Positions 47,801-55,070 of a stretch of DNA of 64,000 bases are shown one piece after another. The stretch comes from Candidatus Omnitrophota bacterium (GTDB taxonomy: Bacteria > Omnitrophota > Gorgyraeia > Zapsychrales > Zapsychraceae). The translations under genes were made by a program, and so were the position numbers. The stretch's first letter is position 1; every line of letters starts with the position of its first letter. The notes below the pieces were generated by a model. It did not search any database. It saw only the letters and a program-made list of their open reading frames with translations, and was not told where the DNA came from. The stretch lies in the NCBI GenBank assembly GCA_015233405.1, contig JADFXT010000009.1:10446-74445 (forward strand), in the 5' to 3' direction.

Positions 47801-50800
47801 CGCGTGTTGGTAAATAGAGAAATATTCGGTAAAGTCGATGAGGCATTTAAAAACACAAAAGGGAAGATCGTGTTTGAGCCATTCCACTATGAGAAATTGG
47901 AAAATCTGAAAATGGCTGATGCGGTCATTGATCTTCAGGAATTATCTGTGACCGGTAAAGTCAAGATCGACCGTGCCATGGCGACGGGGATTTTGAAGAA
48001 TTTCCTTCTCGCATTGGTCATAGCCGGCGGCGGGATTTTTTGCAAACCGCAAGAGACATATACTACGATAGATCAGGTAGATAGCTTGATGAATCCTGCA
48101 AACAAAGTGGCTGTAGCGACACAGAAGAATGGCGTACTCAGTTACATGGCGGGAGTCCAGAAAGAGATCGACAGGCTTAATCATCTACAGCAATACAACG
48201 ACGCGCGGGCGTTAGAAGCCAGCTTGCTTTCCTTTAAAAGCCAGGAACAGGTCAGGGCCCTTGTTGGTGATCAGGCCATGACGGTAGACATCATGAGCCC
48301 GGAGACCGCAACAGCCATTCAAGGCATTGTTACCGATTTTATGAAAGGCTCCGGTAGGAATACTCCGACGGACGCGGCCATGTTGACAGAGTTTCAAAGA
48401 GTGATCCACCTTATAAAGGGATTGACTCAAAAGCAGTTGGATGAAGACCTCGGCTCTGAGATGTTATCAGGTTATAAGTATTTCATTTACCAAATCCAAA
48501 AGATGACCCCTGAAAATGAAGCCGATGTTTTAAAGGCAATAGCTAGGCAAGGATGGACTGAAAAGGAAATTAATGCATTTGGCAAAAAAATCTCTGAAGC
48601 TCTTCAGAAGGACCAGAAAATAAGGAGCAAATTAGGGAACATTTTTGGAAAGGCAGACCTAGCGAATATCGGCGTTTTAGGTCTTAGCATTTTTTCCACG
48701 ATCGGATTTCTGACCGCATTTGTATCTGTGACGCTGCTCACTCACGCCGTTTTCGTTCCTTATTTAGCGTCGACTGTTGCTTCTGCTGTTATCGTTGGGA
48801 TCAGCGGTTTCAATTTCTGGCATAATAGGAATCAGAGGCAGTATATGGTTGATAAATTTCTTAGGACGCAAAGCCCACTTATAACCGCGTCTTCAAAAAG
48901 TGATGCCGAGAAGCAATTCACGAAGCGTTTAGAATCCTGGGTCCAGGACCAAAATCCGTTTTTAAACGCCCAAACTGTGTCTAAGGTCGCGGATTATCTG
49001 CAGGAGCGTCTTCATCTTGAGGAAGGAGCTGCGGTTGCGAATACCTATATGATCGAGCGAAGTCTGGGTGTGGATGCCGGCGATGATGCCATGACGGCAG
49101 ATTCAGCAAAAATTGCTAAGCCCGACGCTAAAGGTATTGCGGTGTATAATGATTTACAGAAAGAAGGGACTGGAAGATTTTTAATCGATGCGACAAACAC
49201 GGCCCAAGAAACCGTCACGGTTGCCGAAGTGACGTGGGCGAACGGACGATGGGATATTGAGCCTTATCGAAAAGATTTTAAAGTTTCTTCATTAGGCGAG
49301 TCGCAAATTGTTATTCAAGGCCCTGCCGGTATTGAGCAATATATCGCCCAGGATCTTGACCGCGCGATGACGGCGGACAGTAAAGTTATAGAAACGCAGC
49401 AGAGAGTTTTCAGTGAGCTTAGAGATACTGTGAAAAAAATCGGGATCTTGCTGGCCAATAAACAGTGGAAAGTGCAATTCCCGGATAAGGGCAAAAGCAC
49501 GATCCAGGTCGTCTATGACCGGTCGTATATCTCAGGTTCCGCTATGATATTGAAAGTTGAGAATCAAAACCCCGTCTTAACGTTTGTCGACGATTTTGAT
49601 TATAGAGCGAAGCCGCGGGTAGAGTATGCTTTTAATGAAAAAGAAATGCCTTTGGCTGTGATTGTCAATGAGGACAAAGGGACCATCCGCGTGTTGGTCA
49701 GCTCAGAAACATTTAGCAAAGTGGATGAAGAATTGAAAAATAAAAGTAAAAAGATTTCATTTGAGGTGTTTGACGCCAAAGAATTGAAAACTTTTGGCGT
49801 GGCCAATACCTCTTTTGATTTTCAGGGATTATACGGAAACGACCACAAGATCGAAGTCGACGGCGCCATGACGGCGGAGGTCACAAACATTTTACCAAAA
49901 TGGCTTGGATGGTTTGTGTTTAATATCCGATTTATGAATGCTTTAAAAAAATTGACAAAGAATCTCGAGGAGCAGAAGGTTATTGCCACTCAAGTAGCGC
50001 AGTTGGCAGAAACTCTGCAGGAGTTTGAAGGCCTTTATTACGGAGGGTTTTTATTTAATCATACAATTAATAGCGGGTATAAACCATTTAGTGGCGTGGA
50101 GAGATACGATATAGAAAAAAGAATTTTGGGTGTTTTAAAAAGCGGGAAAACTTTAAGCGAAGTTACGAAGAATATCCAATATGCGAATCAAATTGCAAAA
50201 AGTGTCCAATCGCAAATAAAAGGTATTCTTCTCTCGGAAGGTAAGGGCGTAAACCAGATTTTTGTTTATGTTGATTTGCTTTCGTTAATCGCTCAAGCAA
50301 ATAAGCTGGCTCTTTCCGGCCAATCATTTGAGGCCCGCATTGAAGACATTAAGTTCGGTTGGACTGAGGCGGCTGGTGAGGAGGGATATACTAATAATAT
50401 TTATACTCTTGCTATTTCAATTTTGCCGACTAACGCTTTAGAGAAAGACCGCGCCATGACGGCAAGGGATGAGAATCGTTTAGCGTGGGCGAATGAACTC
50501 GTTGATAAAATAAATTCAGGTCGAGAGTCTGTGGGGTTGTTGTTGACGAAAATTATTGGCAATCCTCAATATTTTCCAGGAGGAGAATTCCAGGGTTGGG
50601 CAGGGTACGCCACAGGTGATTTGAGGGTTGAATCTTATCAAGATGACCCAAGGCCTTTTAGCAAGGTCGATTTTGATGAAGATAATTCCACCAACAAATT
50701 TCATGTACGTGATTCTTACGGAGATTACTTTTCGCTTGGCACTCGCACTCGTCCAAGAATGATCGTCTTGTGGTTTACAAAGACGCGGGGATATAGTGTT

Positions 50801-51562
50801 GAGAATGCTGTTAGTGCAGGAAAAGGAGCTGCGGCATTGATGCAAAAGTGGTTTTCAAAGATTGGTTACAGTATTTCTACAAAGGTTTATAGGAATGGTA
50901 TTAAGGTCGAGTTAAATGATAAGAAAGGCTTATTGTGGGGAAGGCCTTTTGATGGCGCAATTTTAAAGAGCACATTGAAGGTGCCGCTGGTTTTGACAGA
51001 GCCTGGGTTGAAGGGAGCACTGGAATTAAAAGAGGGCCTTTTGGGCAAACCTTCAGGGCTTGTTCGGGCTGTCGACATTATTACAAACGATCATGGCGCA
51101 AGCATTCAATTGAGAATACAGCGTTCCTATTGGAAAGCCGTCACGGGGGCAGTCGAAAAGCAACTGAGGCAGACCTTCCCCGGATATCGTATTCAAGTTA
51201 AAGAATATGATGCGCATATGAATCCCCCAGGCTCGATGTATCTTTTGGGTACGCTCACGATTACCAATCCTCGATTCTTAAGGAAGCAGATGCCTGCCGA
51301 TTCCGACGCCGCGATGAGCGCTAATATGAAGAATCCCGGCGGTATTGACTTAAACGCAAAGAATCTTCAGATGAATATTTCTAAAGATGGCAAAGGCGTT
51401 GAGTTTAAATTCGATCCCAAGATGGTCGAGCAATTTAAGCGCGGAGATTTTACCGGTGTCGTTCCGGTCATTATCCGTATCACGCCGATCTCAAGTCCGT
51501 TTCCTCTTTTGGGATTAGAAATTCCCGAGGAGAAGGCGATAGAGATATCGAAAAAAAGTTAA
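44801..51562 (+). CDS. Giant (2,253 aa) secreted/membrane modular protein of unknown function, with a conserved-looking N-terminal domain, heterogeneous middle modules separated by D-x-A-M motifs, internal TM segments, and a C-terminal NPGGIDLN domain
   Basis: One uninterrupted ORF with RBS AGGAGA upstream. Signal peptide FFIKIVSTVLSFTFVFTTVIPPSYA. N-domain LPQPGSMVGLTPAFMPTLIKGLKVHPENPLLFDFILDTG...; C-domain NPGGIDLNAKNLQMNISKDGKGVEFKFDP...VVPVIIRITPISSPFPLLGL. Confidence 0.85.
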   Translation: MENVLPKRQKNFFIKIVSTVLSFTFVFTTVIPPSYAQVMNLPQPGSMVGLTPAFMPTLIKGLKVHPENPLLFDFILDTGKSGIGVNTPEFKAESEKLIKYFLASMTIKESDLWVNLSPYEKNRIATEELGKTELGKDMLAQDYILKQLTASLMYPEKEIGKDFWNKVYAEAKQKFGTTDIPVDTFNKVWIVADKAKIFEHNDAAYVVGAHLKVMLEEDYVAASKSSSGHSTISPLSSPQSLSGDPAVDSRLRGNDRISSVIRQIILPAIEKEVNEGKNFATLRQMFYSMILATWYKQALKDALLNQVYSDKAKIGGVTTNDPAIKEKIYAQYLEAFKKGAYNYIKEEYDPATQQVTPKKYFSGGLEIGVGKVLARQAIQTPETDSAMAPNGDMAMVTTKVDKSSERAMTAKKDERSAWDIARDQMAAYGLDADSPENRKVVSILGDHFSGYMGFHPPLLNDYNGLTQLELFKDVKFFPKAISMDISDREGIQKERQRRYGNDAGLDPNIQILKDFLHRLLSVKLPEGIESFKNKTPEEIQAKIVDLQSQNRIPKESAQRGIVYLKSLLVPDREEIRALWIDVRYAFLGRFFHVANPQFGQKNAAPTSAFAEGEFNKFLLWELNSRNIKPHQVAPLLELLKNMLTYKKTPWVGSRDGDLKNGAEAYQIVDRAMVTENGKEEKPVINARGEEELTISDQTRLLEEENPETVTGSDVTELTVPDKAMTTKADRLTELTITYLGDRIFHKNSNEMGQVVDLAELLQAAEKALSKKGYGKFVTKPAFGSRYYQFWRGKDGSVDLMDITTNLQPTLTTFGRVALETNGDKAMVGNDKEKKPVLNARGEVELTPPGEDSRVYFDALKNGDGVVELTPPGEDSRVLLKQLDANVQGGDVEELTAPDKAMLTDYRTEEWRQKILNQVKGAVETMASLLPKNDWETQYSENTLNVMYRSTLLHQTMTLKVENQIPVLQFSSIGYGQKGSHSFRGIDMPLAMIVNKSQGTIRVLVNREIFGKVDEAFKNTKGKIVFEPFHYEKLENLKMADAVIDLQELSVTGKVKIDRAMATGILKNFLLALVIAGGGIFCKPQETYTTIDQVDSLMNPANKVAVATQKNGVLSYMAGVQKEIDRLNHLQQYNDARALEASLLSFKSQEQVRALVGDQAMTVDIMSPETATAIQGIVTDFMKGSGRNTPTDAAMLTEFQRVIHLIKGLTQKQLDEDLGSEMLSGYKYFIYQIQKMTPENEADVLKAIARQGWTEKEINAFGKKISEALQKDQKIRSKLGNIFGKADLANIGVLGLSIFSTIGFLTAFVSVTLLTHAVFVPYLASTVASAVIVGISGFNFWHNRNQRQYMVDKFLRTQSPLITASSKSDAEKQFTKRLESWVQDQNPFLNAQTVSKVADYLQERLHLEEGAAVANTYMIERSLGVDAGDDAMTADSAKIAKPDAKGIAVYNDLQKEGTGRFLIDATNTAQETVTVAEVTWANGRWDIEPYRKDFKVSSLGESQIVIQGPAGIEQYIAQDLDRAMTADSKVIETQQRVFSELRDTVKKIGILLANKQWKVQFPDKGKSTIQVVYDRSYISGSAMILKVENQNPVLTFVDDFDYRAKPRVEYAFNEKEMPLAVIVNEDKGTIRVLVSSETFSKVDEELKNKSKKISFEVFDAKELKTFGVANTSFDFQGLYGNDHKIEVDGAMTAEVTNILPKWLGWFVFNIRFMNALKKLTKNLEEQKVIATQVAQLAETLQEFEGLYYGGFLFNHTINSGYKPFSGVERYDIEKRILGVLKSGKTLSEVTKNIQYANQIAKSVQSQIKGILLSEGKGVNQIFVYVDLLSLIAQANKLALSGQSFEARIEDIKFGWTEAAGEEGYTNNIYTLAISILPTNALEKDRAMTARDENRLAWANELVDKINSGRESVGLLLTKIIGNPQYFPGGEFQGWAGYATGDLRVESYQDDPRPFSKVDFDEDNSTNKFHVRDSYGDYFSLGTRTRPRMIVLWFTKTRGYSVENAVSAGKGAAALMQKWFSKIGYSISTKVYRNGIKVELNDKKGLLWGRPFDGAILKSTLKVPLVLTEPGLKGALELKEGLLGKPSGLVRAVDIITNDHGASIQLRIQRSYWKAVTGAVEKQLRQTFPGYRIQVKEYDAHMNPPGSMYLLGTLTITNPRFLRKQMPADSDAAMSANMKNPGGIDLNAKNLQMNISKDGKGVEFKFDPKMVEQFKRGDFTGVVPVIIRITPISSPFPLLGLEIPEEKAIEISKKS
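45504..45566. repeat. MITE/REP-like palindromic element, copy 3, located in frame INSIDE giant gene 3 (63 nt = 21 codons)
   Basis: TGTCATCCCCGCAATCTTTAAGCGGGGATCCAGCAGTGGATTCCCGCCTTCGCGGGAATGACA is translated as LSSPQSLSGDPAVDSRLRGNDRI without a stop. Confidence 0.85.
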
Positions 51563-51578
51563 AAAAATAAAAGATATT

Positions 51579-51676
51579 TGTCATCCCCGAATGCATTAGC
51601 CTGCCTGACGGTAGGCAGGTCGGGGAACCACAAATTTTAAAGATATGGATTCCCGCAAAAGATTTCGGGAATGACA
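51579..51676. repeat. MITE/REP-like palindromic element, copy 4
   Basis: TGTCATCCCCGAATGCATTAGCCTGCCTGACGGTAGGCAGGTCGGGGAACCAC ... TGGATTCCCGCAAAAGATTTCGGGAATGACA lies 17 nt after the stop of giant gene 3. Confidence 0.8.
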
Positions 51677-51708
51677 ACTGAGGGTCAGGGGCACGAGAAT
51701 AAAATTCA

Positions 51709-51750
51709 ACCCCGTGAGGTCAAGAAATTTTGAGCTTACGGGGTTTTTAT
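51709..51750 (+). terminator. Rho-independent terminator downstream of giant gene 3
   Basis: The stem ACCCCGTGAG pairs with CTTACGGGGT (one G:U pair). The loop is 15 nt and the stem is followed by TTTTTATTT. Confidence 0.65.
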
Positions 51751-51781
51751 TTACAGGTTGTTAGACTGTTATCTTTTTTGC

Positions 51782-51841
51782 TGTCATTCCCGTGCAGACG
51801 GGAATCCAGAGTCTTAAAAGCATTTACTGGATTGCATGACA
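51782..51841. repeat. MITE/REP-like palindromic element, copy 5 (right half truncated)
   Basis: TGTCATTCCCGTGCAGACGGGAATCCAG ... TGGATTGCATGACA. The right unit lacks its internal hairpin. Confidence 0.75.
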
Positions 51842-51971
51842 AATAAAGTTTTGTTGCTTAATTTTTGACAAGATGTAAGGGCATTTTTTCCTCACCTCAT
51901 TTTTTTCAATTAACAATTGCGGCAGGTCGAGAAATTCTGTATATTTATTATGTTATAAATTAAATACAGAA

Positions 51972-53297
51972 ATGAGAGGATCGATTGTGTCAAGAAGAAC
52001 TAAACAAAAATTCGTTATTTTAATAAGCCTTTCCGGGCTTTTTTTTATTTGTGTTCCCGCCGCCATGCCTGCAGATGATTATCAGACCGCGGTTAATGCC
52101 CTACACTCGTCGGAAGATGCGGCCCGTGACAAACAGCTCGAGGAAAGCATTAACGCATTGGACAGCGCTCAGAAAGAATATGACGCGTATAAGCAGAATT
52201 GGGATGTTGTTGAAAAAAGACATTTTAACATGTTAAAACAGCAGGTGAGGAAAGAAGAAAAATTTTTACGGGAACCGGATTTCAATAAATTTGCGAAAGA
52301 TGTTAAGAAGGACAAGATCAAGGTCAATAAACTCAACGCAGAATCGCAGGCGTGGGACCTGGTTGAGCAAAAACATGACGGATATTTTGGCGAAAGAACT
52401 TCGGAAGCTTTAAAGAAAGAACATCAAGATGTTGAAGAGGAAGATTTGGCAAAGGTTGGTCTTGAGGATGAAGACGCGCGGGAATTTCAAGGAGACCGCA
52501 TCGCAAGAAAACATCAATGGGATTTAGGATGGGAAACCAGTCTTTATAAATATGAAGAACCGGGCGTCATGAAACAAAAAGGGGTCATGAAAGGCATTTC
52601 CACCGCCTATACCTATCGTCCTAATCAAGGAAATTTTCTTTACAATAGTGAGATCAATACGTATCGGCTCGAAGCGGAATATATGGGCGGGAAAAAACTT
52701 CATTATGAAGCGGAAACGGATGACTCTGTTGGCCTTATTGATAAGGGCAAGCGAGACCGGATATGGGATTTAAGAGGACTCATTGGCAGAGAATTCGTTA
52801 GCGATCCTAACCAGGTTTTTCTTTATGGTGGCTTTGGCTACCGTTATTTAAATGATTCTTCGAGAAATCCTTACACGATTCTGGGCAATGTTGCCTATCT
52901 TTCCTATGAAAGACAATCGCGATATTATTATGTGCCTTTAGGCGTTGAAGCGTCTCGGAAGTTGGCTAATAAATGGACGATTGGTTGCCGAGGAGAATAT
53001 GATTGGTTTATCGCTGGTAAGCAGATCAGCCGTTTTAGCGATTTTAATACCTATGTGGCTGATGCGAGCTCAGATCTCAATAATCGTCAGCGGCATGGTT
53101 TTGGCCTAAGAGGGTCGCTGAAATTTATGCGGTCTTTTGGCTTCATGGACCTAAATCTTGAGCCGTATTTCCGTTATTGGCATATGGAAGATTCGGATGT
53201 GGAAGAAGCCTTGGAGTTTGGCGAAGTCTCTGACGGTTGGGTAGAGCCGGAGAATAAGACGACCGAGTATGGCTTAAAAATAGGCGCATCCTTCTAA
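51972..53297 (+). CDS. Outer-membrane beta-barrel protein with an N-terminal charged/coiled region
   Basis: Signal peptide KFVILISLSGLFFICVPAAMPA. The C-terminal half has alternating aromatic beta-strand patterns and ends in ...EYGLKIGASF (terminal Phe, OMP-like). Confidence 0.55.
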   Translation: MRGSIVSRRTKQKFVILISLSGLFFICVPAAMPADDYQTAVNALHSSEDAARDKQLEESINALDSAQKEYDAYKQNWDVVEKRHFNMLKQQVRKEEKFLREPDFNKFAKDVKKDKIKVNKLNAESQAWDLVEQKHDGYFGERTSEALKKEHQDVEEEDLAKVGLEDEDAREFQGDRIARKHQWDLGWETSLYKYEEPGVMKQKGVMKGISTAYTYRPNQGNFLYNSEINTYRLEAEYMGGKKLHYEAETDDSVGLIDKGKRDRIWDLRGLIGREFVSDPNQVFLYGGFGYRYLNDSSRNPYTILGNVAYLSYERQSRYYYVPLGVEASRKLANKWTIGCRGEYDWFIAGKQISRFSDFNTYVADASSDLNNRQRHGFGLRGSLKFMRSFGFMDLNLEPYFRYWHMEDSDVEEALEFGEVSDGWVEPENKTTEYGLKIGASF

Positions 53298-53344
53298 AAG
53301 TCTATATATATTTATATTATATATAAATTAACATCTCTCCACAA

Positions 53345-53373
53345 TTGACAGCCCCCAGCTGTTATGTTACAAT
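53345..53373 (+). promoter_or_regulatory. Near-consensus sigma70 promoter (TTGACA - 17 nt - TACAAT) for aroK-dprA-topA
   Basis: -35 TTGACA at 53345-53350 and -10 TACAAT at 53368-53373, 44 nt upstream of the aroK ATG. Confidence 0.6.
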
Positions 53374-53416
53374 CCCCCCAAACTTAGAAGAAATCCAATT
53401 TTTCTAAAATTTTTTT

Positions 53417-53926
53417 ATGAAAAAACAAAATATTGTCCTTATTGGGTTTATGGGTTCTGGAAAATCCTTGATTTCCAGGCATTTAGCTAAATTATTAAAT
53501 AAAAAAAGAGTTTCTTTAGACGACCTGATTGAGCAAAAAGAAGGACGGAAGATTACGGAAATTTTTAAAGAATCCGGAGAGCCCTATTTCCGGCAGGTTG
53601 AATCCGCGGTCATTCAAGAGATTTCCGAGAAAGAAAATGTGGTCATTGATTGCGGCGGCGGAGCGGTCATCAATCCGAAGAATGTGGAGAATTTGAAAGC
53701 AAAAGGGGTTTTGGTCTATTTATCCGCGTCACCCGAAGTCATTTTAAAGCGGGTCAAGAAAGATACGCACCGGCCGCTGTTAAACGTTGAGAATCCGCAA
53801 GAGAAAATCAAAGAGCTTCTCGAAAAGCGAAAATCTTTTTATAAACAGGCAGATTTTGAAGTGAATACCGACGAAATAACACCGGAAGAGATCTGTCGGG
53901 AAATCATCCTATTTCTGGAAAAATGA
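53417..53926 (+). CDS. aroK: Shikimate kinase
   Basis: IVLIGFMGSGKS (P-loop) and ...GEPYFRQVE...IDCGGGAV are present. Confidence 0.9.
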   Translation: MKKQNIVLIGFMGSGKSLISRHLAKLLNKKRVSLDDLIEQKEGRKITEIFKESGEPYFRQVESAVIQEISEKENVVIDCGGGAVINPKNVENLKAKGVLVYLSASPEVILKRVKKDTHRPLLNVENPQEKIKELLEKRKSFYKQADFEVNTDEITPEEICREIILFLEK

Positions 53927-55056
53927 CAGAGCATGACGCTTTATTAATATTAAATGCTATCAGCGGGCTTGGCAATGTCCGCATTCAGGCTTTGGTTGAA
54001 TTTTATGGTTCCGCGGTCCAGGCCTTAGGAATAAATGAAAGCCGTCTTTTGTCCGACCAGGTTGTTCCGAAAGATGTTTGTCAGAACATGGTTCGTTTCG
54101 CCAAAGAGGATTTTTTAAAAAACGAATATGCTTTGATGGCGAAAAGCAATATCCATGCGGTCACATACAAAGACGAGGATTATCCAGAGAGTTTAAAAAA
54201 TATCGTTGATTTTCCCGTCGTGCTTTATGTCAAAGGTCGCTTGGCAAAAGACCAAAAGTTGTCCTTAGCGATTGTCGGGTCGAGAAAAGCTTCTTTATAT
54301 GGCTTGTCCGTTGCGGAAAAATTTGCCACGAGGTTCGCGGAATTGGGAATCACGGTTGTTTCCGGTATGGCCCGAGGGATTGATACGGCGGCGCATAAAG
54401 GCGCCTTAAAAGCCCGGGGGTTGACCACGGCTGTTTTAGGAAGCGGGCTGGCGCATATTTATCCGCCGGAGAATAAAAATTTGTTTGAAGAAATAGCCCA
54501 AGCCGGCGGTGCGGTGGTGTCCGAATATCCTATGGATACGGAACCGTTTGCCTATAATTTCCCGCGGCGTAACAGAATTATCAGCGGGCTTTCGTTGGGC
54601 GTGATCATTGTTGAGGCTGGCATGAAAAGCGGGGCGCTGATAACTGCGCGTTGCGCCTTGGAACAGGGGCGGGAGGTTTACGCGGTGCCGGGGAAGATCG
54701 ACAGCCCATCGTCAGAAGGCGTGAATAATTTGATCAAGCAAGGCGCGAAGCTGGTCACATCGATTGAAGATATTCTTGAAGATTTAAAAACGCCGATGAC
54801 CCAGGCGCTTAAAGAGGAACAGATAGGACGGGAACAAGAGAAAGAGCCTTTGGCTGCGGCTGCTCAAAATAATATTCTTAATTCACTCAGCGACCGGGAA
54901 AGGTCCATTTATGAACATCTTAGCGAAGAGCCGGTTCATATCGACGACATTGCGCAGAAAAGCGGATTAGCTTCGTCTTGTGTTATCGCTGTTTTGATGC
55001 AATTGGAATTAAAACGTTTGGTTAAACAACTGCCGGGTAAACATTTTAAACGATAG
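53923..55056 (+). CDS. dprA: DNA-processing protein DprA
   Basis: LAIVGSRKASLYG, VVSGMARGIDTAAHKGAL and FPRRNRIISGLSLGVIIVEA are present. Confidence 0.9.
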   Translation: MTEHDALLILNAISGLGNVRIQALVEFYGSAVQALGINESRLLSDQVVPKDVCQNMVRFAKEDFLKNEYALMAKSNIHAVTYKDEDYPESLKNIVDFPVVLYVKGRLAKDQKLSLAIVGSRKASLYGLSVAEKFATRFAELGITVVSGMARGIDTAAHKGALKARGLTTAVLGSGLAHIYPPENKNLFEEIAQAGGAVVSEYPMDTEPFAYNFPRRNRIISGLSLGVIIVEAGMKSGALITARCALEQGREVYAVPGKIDSPSSEGVNNLIKQGAKLVTSIEDILEDLKTPMTQALKEEQIGREQEKEPLAAAAQNNILNSLSDRERSIYEHLSEEPVHIDDIAQKSGLASSCVIAVLMQLELKRLVKQLPGKHFKR

Positions 55057-55070
55057 AATAGGAAAATTTT

